NCBI GenBank assembly: GCA_965213885.1
Contig: OZ243919.1
Coordinates: 732,692 to 796,691 of the forward strand
Direction: 5' to 3'
Source: Candidatus Poriferihabitaceae bacterium
GTDB lineage: Bacteria; Pseudomonadota; Gammaproteobacteria; Arenicellales; Poriferihabitantaceae
Length of the DNA stretch: 64,000 nt
A program made the position numbers and the translations under genes. The notes beneath the pieces are model-generated. The model made no database searches, had not been told where the DNA came from, and saw only the letters and a list, made by a program, of their open reading frames with translations. This document shows positions 56,022 through 64,000 of this stretch, piece by piece. Numbering within the stretch: the first letter of the stretch is position 1; every line of letters begins with the position of its first letter.

Positions 56022-57401
56022 TCAATCGATGGAAACCAGGCGGGTGCCGGATTCTGCAGGGTTGTTGGCTGCGAACAGGGAGTAGGCGTTGAATCGCATC
56101 TGGTGGGACCGGCCCAGCTTTTCCTTGTAGAAGTCAATCTCGAACTGTTTGACCAGTTCAGTACCGTCCCAGTGGTAGGCGCGGAAATACTGGTCGTCAT
56201 CCTCACCCTTCTTGTCCCAGTTGGCCAGCAAAGAACCGGTGAAGTACTGGCGCTTTCCGTCCCAGCTGCCCGAAACCATGTTGACCTGTTTCCCGATCAC
56301 TTTCTCGTAGACCTGCTTGGGATTGTGCGGGTCGGACAGATCGAAGAAACGTGTTTTTCCGTCCATGAAGGTGTTGACAAAAAACCCGGAATCATCGGAA
56401 AGGATCGAGAAGTCCACCGGCAGGGGCACCTTGGAGGGGTCGCCGATGTCGGCAACGGCCTTGGCATGCCACTCACCCGCCTCATCCTCGTAGATCATCC
56501 AGACCTTGGACGTCAGGGCTGTGGTGGTCAGGCACCAGTTGTGATCCGGCTGCCAGGCGCAGCGGAGTTCCAGCGGGGCACCGGGTACGTCCAGCACCTT
56601 TCTGGGTGTGCGGGTATGCATATCCCATACCACGACGGTGTTGCCGAACCGTTTCATGGCCTCGGCGTCGCTCAGCATCTTGCCGAAATCCATCATGTAG
56701 TTGGACCAGCCGGTGAAGGAGGACGTGACCATGAGGTTCTTTCTGGGCAGAACACGTACGTCGTAACCGTAGCCATCAGCGTAATTCCCGCCCTTCTGCG
56801 CCCCGCGGAGGTCCTCATCGGTAGGCATCCAGTGGGTTGCAATGTATTCGCCGGTATTGGTGTACTCGACCATGCCGGTCCGGCCGCCATGATCCTTGTT
56901 GTTGGACAGTCCGGTGACCATCATGCGGCCGGGCATCGCATACATCGTGTGGGGACCGACAACCCCTCCGCTGGCCGACACGAAGTCCTCGATGGTCTTG
57001 AACAGGATGGGCTTTGCCGGGTCGGTGTGCACATCGAAAATGAAAATCTTGTTGGTGTCCAGGCCGCCGGCCCAGAGATAGCGCCGGTCATCGGTGAATC
57101 CCGAATGATGCGCCTCGTTGCGTCCGCCGACTGACAGGGAATCGATCACGGTGCCATAGTTCGCAGAGGCCGGGTTCACATCGATCGTGACCAGCTTGTC
57201 CTGCCCGTCACCGAGGCCTTCCACGCCCAGGGTCCACACATAGACAAAATCTTCCTGGCCAGTGATCTTGGCCATGTAGGGCGACATGCAGGTTTCATCC
57301 GCAAACGCAGTCGACGCTGGCAAGCCCAGTGAAACCCCCACGCCGAATACTGCTCCGAGGACCAGCATTCGCGAGTTTTTGACCATCTTTAATGTCTTCA
57401 T
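56022..57401 (-). CDS. mtoX: Selenium-binding-protein (SBP56) family protein, methanethiol oxidase-like
   Basis: 459 aa with a signal peptide (…LGLPASTAFA/DE). The body has SBP56 beta-propeller-type sequence (HHSGFTDDRRYLWAGGLDTNKIFIFD...GPHTMYAMPG...). SCO1 and MauG-type genes follow it. Confidence 0.85.
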   Translation of the reverse strand: MKTLKMVKNSRMLVLGAVFGVGVSLGLPASTAFADETCMSPYMAKITGQEDFVYVWTLGVEGLGDGQDKLVTIDVNPASANYGTVIDSLSVGGRNEAHHSGFTDDRRYLWAGGLDTNKIFIFDVHTDPAKPILFKTIEDFVSASGGVVGPHTMYAMPGRMMVTGLSNNKDHGGRTGMVEYTNTGEYIATHWMPTDEDLRGAQKGGNYADGYGYDVRVLPRKNLMVTSSFTGWSNYMMDFGKMLSDAEAMKRFGNTVVVWDMHTRTPRKVLDVPGAPLELRCAWQPDHNWCLTTTALTSKVWMIYEDEAGEWHAKAVADIGDPSKVPLPVDFSILSDDSGFFVNTFMDGKTRFFDLSDPHNPKQVYEKVIGKQVNMVSGSWDGKRQYFTGSLLANWDKKGEDDDQYFRAYHWDGTELVKQFEIDFYKEKLGRSHQMRFNAYSLFAANNPAESGTRLVSID

Positions 57402-58199
57402 CGTTTTCCCCTAGGTGTCAAGAAATAAATCACATTGCGCACGCAACGGCGGGGATATTGAAATACTTATATGGTTATGTCAAGGATTAGACCAACTTCA
57501 TCCGCCCAGGAAGGCTGAAAGCCATGCATAGCAAGGGGATGGGAGGGATTCAGGGTGTCATGCTTATGGCAACACCGGGATCGGGGTCGACGCCGAGCAG
57601 TTCGAAGGCCCGTTGCTGCAAAGGGGTTGGCTGACTGAGCAGTGCAAACGGCCGGCTGGGCTGCGCGGGCAATACCACCTCGTTGAGGGTCAGGGAGCCC
57701 AGATGCCCCATCAGGGTGTCGAAGCTGGACAGCGCCATTTCCCGCACGGCGCGCATGGGGAGCCTGGTGAAGGCCCAGAAGGATGCTGGCCGCCCGATCT
57801 GCCCGGTCCGCCCGGAGCGCATCCTGATCCGACCGCGACCCATGACCACTGGCCAGGTTTGCAACGATCGCTCACAGGGTTTCCACGTCCGTGGCGCCGC
57901 ATTTCCGGATATTCACCGGAACCGCTCCGTCCAGAAGTTCGAAGAGCCTGAACTGCTGCGCAGTCTGCGCCTGTACCGAGGCCCCGCCAAAGGCCCGCCA
58001 AGTCCACTCCAGATCCGTGAACCCGAATGTCACTGTCGGGGGCGAATCATCCGGTGCTTTCTCCGGTTTTCCGGCCCCGTTGCCGTCGTCGCACGATGTG
58101 CCGAGATACATGCCGGGATGAAGGTGCTTGACGCGGTGGGAACCTTGGATTTATTATTTGCTAACTGTCTGTAATTAATTAGCCCCGAGCTTATATTCA

Positions 58200-59450
58200 T
58201 TGCCTGACACATCGATCCAGACCGCGGCTGCCGTTCGCCGATTGAACCGGAAGAACGTTCTCACCGAAATCTATCACCAGACCCTGGTGTCCAGGACCGG
58301 TCTGGCCGCGTGCACGGGACTGACTGGGACGGGTATTTCCCGGATCATCCGGGAGCTGATCGAGGCGGGCCTGGTCGAGGAGGGCTCCCGTCTTCCGAGG
58401 CGGGGTTTGCCCGGCAGGCGGGAAACCGAACTCACCATCAGCGGCGAGGTGGCGCATGTGGTTGCCGTAAGCCTTCTTGTGGACAGCAGAAGCATCGTGC
58501 TTGCGGATGTGCTTGGCGTGGTCAAGGACCGGGTAAATCTGGACATCCCCTTTACCGAGCCCCAGGATCGTGTCATCGACCGCATCGGCGATCTGGTGCT
58601 GGGATTGATAGAGCGCAACAACCTGAAAAAGGCGCAGGTCATCGGGATTGCTCTTGCATTGGCCGGCAGGATTAAACCCCTGGAGGGCGTTTTGGTGGAG
58701 TCACGAATCTATCAATGGAAGGACCTGCCGGTCGTCGATCTCCTTCAGTCCAGGGTCGGAATACCAGTTGCCGTGGAGAACCTGAACAACGTGATCAACC
58801 TGGCCGAGTCCCACTTCGGTCAGTCGCAGGGATTTGACAACGTACTCGCAGTCCGAGTCGGCACCGGATATGTCGGCGCCAGCCTGATGCTGGATGGAAG
58901 GCTGGTGCGGGGACGATGGTCAGCTGCCGGTCTGATCCATCACGTACCGGTGAATGCCAATCAAATTTCCTGTGAATGTGGTCGCCGGGGCTGCATGAAC
59001 ACCGTTTCATCGGGATTCGGAATTCTGGCTCGGATGAAAAACCGCAAGCGGGTCAGTTTCACTCCGGGCGATCCGCCCGACAGCAATGAACAGGTCGTTG
59101 CGATCCTCAAGTCGGCCGACCAGGGAAACAAGCGTTCGAGAAGACTGCTCAGAGAGGGCGGGGAGGTGCTCGGGCTCTACGTGGCCCAGATCGCCGAGGC
59201 AGTCAGCCCCGATTCCGTGGTGATCGCCGGGAAGGTCGGGCGCTCACCCTGCTATATGGAGGGATTCACCAGCGCCTGGAATCGTTTTTCCTCCGAGGAG
59301 AACCGGGCCTCTGTCCGGATCGTACATTCCTTCAAGACGGTGATCGAGGCGACGGTGGATTTTGCCATTGACCGGTTTCTGCTTTCCATGGAGATCGACC
59401 TCGATCCACTCAAACGGATCTGTTCGCTGGCTGAGGAGCGCGCCGCATGA
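58200..59450 (+). CDS. ROK-family transcriptional regulator
   Basis: N-terminal wHTH (LVSRTGLAACTGLTGTGISRIIRELIEAGLVEE) plus a ROK sugar-kinase-like domain with the Zn motif CECGRRGC. The start is uncertain (TTG 58200; no upstream ATG). The stop overlaps the sulfatase ATG (ATGA). Confidence 0.85.
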   Translation: MPDTSIQTAAAVRRLNRKNVLTEIYHQTLVSRTGLAACTGLTGTGISRIIRELIEAGLVEEGSRLPRRGLPGRRETELTISGEVAHVVAVSLLVDSRSIVLADVLGVVKDRVNLDIPFTEPQDRVIDRIGDLVLGLIERNNLKKAQVIGIALALAGRIKPLEGVLVESRIYQWKDLPVVDLLQSRVGIPVAVENLNNVINLAESHFGQSQGFDNVLAVRVGTGYVGASLMLDGRLVRGRWSAAGLIHHVPVNANQISCECGRRGCMNTVSSGFGILARMKNRKRVSFTPGDPPDSNEQVVAILKSADQGNKRSRRLLREGGEVLGLYVAQIAEAVSPDSVVIAGKVGRSPCYMEGFTSAWNRFSSEENRASVRIVHSFKTVIEATVDFAIDRFLLSMEIDLDPLKRICSLAEERAA

Positions 59451-61021
59451 ACAGGCCGAACATACTCCTCGTGATGGTTGATCAGATGACGGTCCGCGCC
59501 ATGAGCGTCTACGGCAACCGGGTTTCCAGGATGCCCAACCTGGAGAGGCTGGCGACGCAAGGCGTGGTGTTCGACCAGGCATATTGCGCATCGCCCTTAT
59601 GCGCTCCCGCACGATACTCGCTCCTGACCGGGAAGGAGTCCGCCCGTATTGGCGCCTTTGACAATGCCAGTGAGTTTCCCGCAAGCACACCGACGATCGC
59701 GCATTACCTGCGCGACAACGGATACTGGACGATTCTGTGTGGCAAGATGCACTTCATCGGCCCCGACCAGCTTCATGGCTTCAATGAGCGCATTACCACG
59801 GATGTCTATCCTTCCACGTACGCCTGGGTGCCGCACTGGGACAGGGGCGCTGGCTATATCAGTTCGGGCGTGACCTGTGCCTCGATTCTGGAGGCTGGGC
59901 CCTGCATTCGGTCGATGCAGATGGATTACGACGACGAGGTGGAATACCGGGGTGTCCAGAAGCTCTACGACCTGGTCCGGTCCCCCGACCGGCGGCCCTT
60001 TTTCCTCACGGTCTCCTTTACCCACCCGCATCACCCCTTCACGATTTCGCAGGAGTACTGGGACCGTTATGCGGACGAGGACATTGACATGCCGGCGATT
60101 GGGCCCCTGCCGTTTGATCAGCTGGATTATCACAGCCGGGGACTGTACTTTGCCCATGGCCGCCACCTCCACGAGGTAACCGAAGGCCATACGAGGAATG
60201 CCAGGCACGCCTATTACGGCATGCTGTCGTACCTGGACGACAAGATCGGCCGACTGCTCGAGGTGCTGGATATCACGGGCCTTGCCGACGATACCCTGGT
60301 GATATTCACCTCGGATCACGGCGAGATGCTCGGCGAGCGCGGCATGTGGCACAAGCACCATTTCTTCGAGCCGTCGGTCCGCGTTCCCCTGATCTTGCGA
60401 CTGCCTGGCCGGGACGCGCCAACGAGAGTCTACGAACCGGTCTCGCACATTGATCTGGCACCGACCCTGCTGGACATGCTGGGGTCGGCTGAGGCTTCAC
60501 GGAAGATGGACGGCCGGAGTCTGCTTCCGGCTTTGGAGGGCGGTGTGGCGGAGGCCCACCCGGTGTTCGCGGATTATCTCGCCATCGGACCCTGCGTTCC
60601 CTGCCGGATGGTGCGACGTGGTGACTACAAGTACCTGTACACGCACGGACATGATGAGCAGTTGTTCGATCTGTCCCGGGACCCCCTCGAGGAGAACAAC
60701 ATCGCAGATGAACCAGGCAGCGAGGGCATCAGGACGGATCTGAAAAAGGCCTTGTTCCATGCATGGAATCCAGGGGAGGTGGACCGCAGGGTGAGGATCA
60801 GCCAGCGGCGCCGCATTGCCATCAACCGTTCGTCCGGGGCGCAGCCCGCATGGGATTTTGTTTATCGCAAGGGTGACGACAGGCGCTTCGTGCGCAATAG
60901 TGAGGTTGACGTCACCAAGGGGAAATACCGGTTGCCCCAGATTGAATCGGTGCCGCCAAACCGGCCTGTGCTGACCGGGGACCAGATCGACGAAGCGATG
61001 AGAACGGGAATGCTGCCATGA
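59447..61021 (+). CDS. Choline-sulfatase (BetC)-like arylsulfatase, cytoplasmic, paralogue 1
   Basis: 524 aa with no signal peptide (MNRPNILLVMVDQ) and the FGly motif CAPAR. Long BetC-like blocks include GKMHFIGPDQLHGFNERITTDVYP and LTVSFTHPHHPF. Confidence 0.9.
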   Translation: MNRPNILLVMVDQMTVRAMSVYGNRVSRMPNLERLATQGVVFDQAYCASPLCAPARYSLLTGKESARIGAFDNASEFPASTPTIAHYLRDNGYWTILCGKMHFIGPDQLHGFNERITTDVYPSTYAWVPHWDRGAGYISSGVTCASILEAGPCIRSMQMDYDDEVEYRGVQKLYDLVRSPDRRPFFLTVSFTHPHHPFTISQEYWDRYADEDIDMPAIGPLPFDQLDYHSRGLYFAHGRHLHEVTEGHTRNARHAYYGMLSYLDDKIGRLLEVLDITGLADDTLVIFTSDHGEMLGERGMWHKHHFFEPSVRVPLILRLPGRDAPTRVYEPVSHIDLAPTLLDMLGSAEASRKMDGRSLLPALEGGVAEAHPVFADYLAIGPCVPCRMVRRGDYKYLYTHGHDEQLFDLSRDPLEENNIADEPGSEGIRTDLKKALFHAWNPGEVDRRVRISQRRRIAINRSSGAQPAWDFVYRKGDDRRFVRNSEVDVTKGKYRLPQIESVPPNRPVLTGDQIDEAMRTGMLP

Positions 61022-62571
61022 CTACCCCGGCACGCCCCAATATCCTGTTGATCATGGCCGACCAGCTTGCCGGGCCCGCACTGGCCCTGGATGGTACCGG
61101 ATATGCCAAGGCGCCCAATCTGCAACGCCTGGCGGACGGGGGCGCGGTATTTGAAAACGCATACTGCAATTTTCCGATCTGCGCTCCATCCCGGTCATCC
61201 ATGCTGTCCGGGTTGCTGCCACACGGGATCGGACAGTATGACAACTCCAGCGAATTCCCTGCCGGCATTCCGACGGTCGCCCATTACCTGCAACAGCTGG
61301 GTTACCGTACCGTCCTGTGCGGCAAGATGCATTTTGTCGGGCCGGACCAGTTGCATGGTTACGAGGCACGTCTGACCACCGAGATCTACCCGTCCAATTT
61401 TGCCTGGACCGTGGACTGGTCCCAGGGGTGCCGGTACCGACCGACCAACCTGACCATGGCGCCGGTGATGGAGGCGGGCAGGTGCGTCCGGTCCCTGCAG
61501 ATCGACTACGACGATGAGGTCGAATTCGCCGGCGTACAGGGGTTGTACGATCTGGCCCGGGATCAGAGCGGCGCCCCCTTCTTCCTGACGGTCTCGTTCA
61601 CGCATCCGCATTCACCCTATGTCACCACCGGGGAATACTGGGACCGGTACGGGCATGAAGAGATTCCGATGCCGTTGGTGGACGAGATACCCCTGGACGA
61701 GAAGGATCATCTCAGCAGGAACCTCCATTTCTGCCAGGGACGCGATGAGTACCGGGTGAGCGAGGACCAGATCCGCAACGCCCGCCATGCCTATTTCGGA
61801 ATGATCTCCTATGTGGACGACAAGGTCGGCCGGCTGCTCGGTGTACTGAGGGAAACAGGGCTGGACGACAATACCATCGTCGTCTTCACCGCTGATCATG
61901 GCGACATGATGGGTGAGCGGGGCATGTGGTACAAGCAGCACTTCTTCGAATGGGCCTTGAGGGTGCCGCTGATCGTGAGTTGGCCCGGCAAGTTCGTCCC
62001 TGCCCGGAACGGCTGCGAGGTTTCCCTGGTTGACCTGCTGCCCACGTTCCTGGACATGGCCACCGGAGGACGGGGTTGCGACGACGTGGTGGAATCCGAC
62101 GGCCACAGCCTGTTCCCGATCATCGCGAACCGGCAGGTCGATCGAGACCATCCGGTCATCTCGGAATTTTCGGCTGACGGATCCACCGGGCCAAGCCGGA
62201 TGGTTCTCAGGAACCGGCTCAAGTACATGTACCTCGAAGGCATGGAGGAGCTGCTGTTCGATCTGGAGGCGGATCCCCTGGAGTTGCGTAACCTGGTCGG
62301 CGACCCGGAATTCGCAACGCAGTTGGCCGGCCTTCGGGAACTGGCCATGAAGGGATGGGACCCCGACAGACTGCGCGTGCAGATCGCGGAGAATCAGGCC
62401 CAACGCCTGTTCATTCATCATGTGACCGGGGGAGAACCGGCCTATGTGTATACGCTCAGCGGCGACGACAGCCGCAAGTACGTCAGGAATGCCGGCGCTG
62501 CCGACACCAAGGCGCGGGCAAGATTCCCCTATGTCGAACCGTCGCTGCCATCCGCGCTTTCAGACCATTAG
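61018..62571 (+). CDS. Choline-sulfatase (BetC)-like arylsulfatase, cytoplasmic, paralogue 2
   Basis: 517 aa with no signal peptide and the FGly motif CAPSR. It has the same BetC-like blocks (GKMHFVGPDQLHGYEARLTTEIYP; LTVSFTHPHSPY). Its ATG overlaps the stop of paralogue 1 (ATGA). Confidence 0.9.
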   Translation: MTTPARPNILLIMADQLAGPALALDGTGYAKAPNLQRLADGGAVFENAYCNFPICAPSRSSMLSGLLPHGIGQYDNSSEFPAGIPTVAHYLQQLGYRTVLCGKMHFVGPDQLHGYEARLTTEIYPSNFAWTVDWSQGCRYRPTNLTMAPVMEAGRCVRSLQIDYDDEVEFAGVQGLYDLARDQSGAPFFLTVSFTHPHSPYVTTGEYWDRYGHEEIPMPLVDEIPLDEKDHLSRNLHFCQGRDEYRVSEDQIRNARHAYFGMISYVDDKVGRLLGVLRETGLDDNTIVVFTADHGDMMGERGMWYKQHFFEWALRVPLIVSWPGKFVPARNGCEVSLVDLLPTFLDMATGGRGCDDVVESDGHSLFPIIANRQVDRDHPVISEFSADGSTGPSRMVLRNRLKYMYLEGMEELLFDLEADPLELRNLVGDPEFATQLAGLRELAMKGWDPDRLRVQIAENQAQRLFIHHVTGGEPAYVYTLSGDDSRKYVRNAGAADTKARARFPYVEPSLPSALSDH

Positions 62572-62577
62572 ACAGTC

Positions 62578-62796
62578 ATGCTGAGAAACAGTCGAACATA
62601 CCTGATTGTTTCGGTCGTTTGCATCGTTTTGTTCGCGATCAACCTGGTGGTGGGGAAAATGGAGGTTTCCTCCAGGCTTGACACGAACATTCATCTCGAC
62701 GGTGTGCCGGAGTTCTTGCTGCTCCTTGTATCCGTCATGTTCTTTGTTATCAGTACGCTGCTGAAGGAGCGGGCGGAAGCTAACAATACACACTGA
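62578..62796 (+). CDS. 72-aa two-helix membrane ORF, no recognised family
   Basis: It has two hydrophobic helices (YLIVSVVCIVLFAINLVV; FLLLLVSVMFFVISTLL). Overall GC is about 48%, but my hand count of third positions gives about 68% GC3, as expected for a real hydrophobic CDS in this genome. There is no clear SD. Confidence 0.5.
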   Translation: MLRNSRTYLIVSVVCIVLFAINLVVGKMEVSSRLDTNIHLDGVPEFLLLLVSVMFFVISTLLKERAEANNTH

Positions 62797-62816
62797 AACC
62801 TGAGGAGGCTTAGACC

Positions 62817-63968
62817 ATGAAGATTAAAAGATCTGTTGATACACCGGCAAACGAGGAACGGCGCCGGCTTTTCGAGCTGAGCGCAAAGTACGGATTCTCC
62901 GCCGCCATGGTGGCAGGTGCCGCCGGAGTGCTCGCGTCCCCCGAGGCCGCCGCGCAGACCGCGAAAGAAGAGACGGAACGCAAGAATGCGGCGGACTACA
63001 CCATGACTTTTGCGACCGCATACATTGTCGGCGTTTCCCGGGCGTACCCGATCATGCAGCTTGACTTCAAGGAGAACATCCAGAACATGACCGATGGAAA
63101 GGTGTATGTGAACCTGGCCCCCGGGAAGAAGCTGGGTGCGGGCGGTGCCCTGGCGAAGAAAGTGCAAAGCGGCGTGATACAGGTCGCCCAGCACTCGGTT
63201 TCCAATTTTGCCCCGTTCGCGCCCGAGGCCGACCTGATCAACATGCCCTACATGTGCGCACGCAACCAGGAAGTAGTCAACCTGGTCACGTCGGATGTCT
63301 GGAAATCGGTAGTGGATCCCAAGATCAATGCCTCCGGGTTCAAGGCCCTGTGGTACACGTCGACTTCCGCTCGGACCTTTGCGGTCAGGAAGGGAATGGA
63401 TCCGATCCTGGTGCCGGAGGATCTCAAGGGCGTGAAGTTCCGGGTGCCGGGCTCGAAAATGCTCCAGCAGTTCTACCGTCTGCTGGGCGCCAACCCGACG
63501 CCGGTTGCCTGGGGCGAAACGCCGTCGGCAATCAAGCAGGGTGTGGCCGACGCCCTCGACCCGGTATTGTCGGGGCTGTACATCTTCGGCTTCGGGGACA
63601 TCCTGTCCCATGTCACCCTGGCGCAGTCGGTGCATGGCCTGCAGGTGTTCAGCTGCAACCTCGAATGGTTCAATGGCCTGCCGGGAGACGTCCAGGCGGG
63701 GATCGAATTTGCGAGCGACGTGACCTTCCGCCAGAATCTGGCCAAGGTGCCGGCGGCTTTTGCCTATGCCTCTTCCGAGATGCGCAAGGCGGGGGTCCAG
63801 ATCCACGAACTGGGCGACGATCAGATCGCGCCTTTCAGGGAGCTGGCCGGCCATCAACGGCCTGAATGGGATGAGTGGAAGGTCAAGCTGGCCGGCTCGA
63901 TGGCCAATTTCGACCAGATGCTGGAAGCGTCACAGACCCAGGGAAATTATTTCGTGCATAACGTCTAG
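62817..63968 (+). CDS. TRAP transporter substrate-binding protein (DctP family) with Tat-like signal
   Basis: A strong SD (GAGGAGG) lies 8 nt upstream. The N-terminus has RRRLF plus a hydrophobic region ending AAAQT, followed by a DctP-type body. The membrane components presumably lie beyond the window. Confidence 0.9.
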   Translation: MKIKRSVDTPANEERRRLFELSAKYGFSAAMVAGAAGVLASPEAAAQTAKEETERKNAADYTMTFATAYIVGVSRAYPIMQLDFKENIQNMTDGKVYVNLAPGKKLGAGGALAKKVQSGVIQVAQHSVSNFAPFAPEADLINMPYMCARNQEVVNLVTSDVWKSVVDPKINASGFKALWYTSTSARTFAVRKGMDPILVPEDLKGVKFRVPGSKMLQQFYRLLGANPTPVAWGETPSAIKQGVADALDPVLSGLYIFGFGDILSHVTLAQSVHGLQVFSCNLEWFNGLPGDVQAGIEFASDVTFRQNLAKVPAAFAYASSEMRKAGVQIHELGDDQIAPFRELAGHQRPEWDEWKVKLAGSMANFDQMLEASQTQGNYFVHNV

Positions 63969-64000
63969 GGCCTGACCCGGGCGGCCGGCGCGGCGCTTGC

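Noticed and set aside
9108-63857. Long antisense 'shadow' ORFs: 9108..10442(-), 19620..20699(+), 22938..24194(+), 29370..30497(-), 31279..32736(-), 40552..42333(+), 43236..44423(+), 45230..47071(-), 50695..52050(+), 55950..57134(+), 62691..63857(-).
   Set aside because: Each lies opposite a gene with clear family motifs. Each translates to Arg/Gly/Pro/His-rich low-complexity sequence, which is typical of non-coding frames in high-GC DNA.
1-64000. I searched by eye for CRISPR arrays, tRNA/rRNA/tmRNA/RNase P signatures, IS elements with terminal inverted repeats, integrases and integron attC sites.
   Set aside because: I saw no regularly spaced direct repeats, no T-arm/acceptor-type motifs (GGTTCGAATCC-like plus CCA context), no transposase or integrase ORFs, and no rRNA-like conserved blocks. 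A covariance-model scan (tRNAscan-SE, Infernal/Rfam) would be the decisive check.

Overview
This is a 64-kb chromosomal segment of about 60-65% GC by hand counts. It probably comes from a proteobacterium: the rpsI / metG / divergent apbC-dcd arrangement suggests Gammaproteobacteria, but that is inference. I call about 58 protein-coding genes, including 2 apparent pseudogenes. I found no rRNA, tRNA, CRISPR array or intact IS element by eye.

Main blocks:
1. Housekeeping genes rpsI, metG, apbC and dcd (1-4.4 kb).
2. A BBOX-like dioxygenase plus an HD-domain oxygenase, resembling the TmpA/TmpB or PhnY/PhnZ phosphonate C-P cleavage pairs. A DUF1127 small protein and a LysR regulator sit next to them (4.7-8 kb).
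3. Assorted redox and hydrolase genes (8-14 kb).
4. A complete purine-to-glyoxylate catabolic supercluster (14.4-39.4 kb):
   - an 8-gene operon with overlapping stop/start codons (ABC ATPase, 2 permeases, RutR-like TetR, puuD, puuE, alc, allA);
   - 8-oxoguanine deaminase, xdhABC, guaD, uraD-hiuH and a BMP-family binding protein;
   - three copies of a RutR-type 16-bp operator at its promoters;
   - interruptions by accessory DNA: a VapBC module, and a lower-GC AbiEi/AbiEii module whose toxin gene is frameshifted and whose 5' end carries a 50-bp perfect palindrome.
5. An acyl-CoA / ThDP / flavoprotein / OCD catabolic cluster (40-48.3 kb).
6. sufS-sufE.
7. An ECF sigma factor translationally coupled to a membrane vWA protein.
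8. An mtoX-type (SBP56) methanethiol oxidase with a SCO1-MauG fusion and a SCO1 gene.
9. A ROK regulator coupled to two tandem cytoplasmic choline-sulfatase-like genes, then a 72-aa membrane ORF and a TRAP binding protein.

I did not find an unambiguous, wholly new system. The best candidates for follow-up are the RutR-type rewiring of purine catabolism, the AbiE palindrome/operator architecture, the orphan BBOX-like/HD pair, the ROK-double-sulfatase-TRAP locus, the ECF-vWA pair and an unassignable 0.8-kb stretch next to mtoX. All family assignments come from motif reading and remembered homologues. No database search was run.
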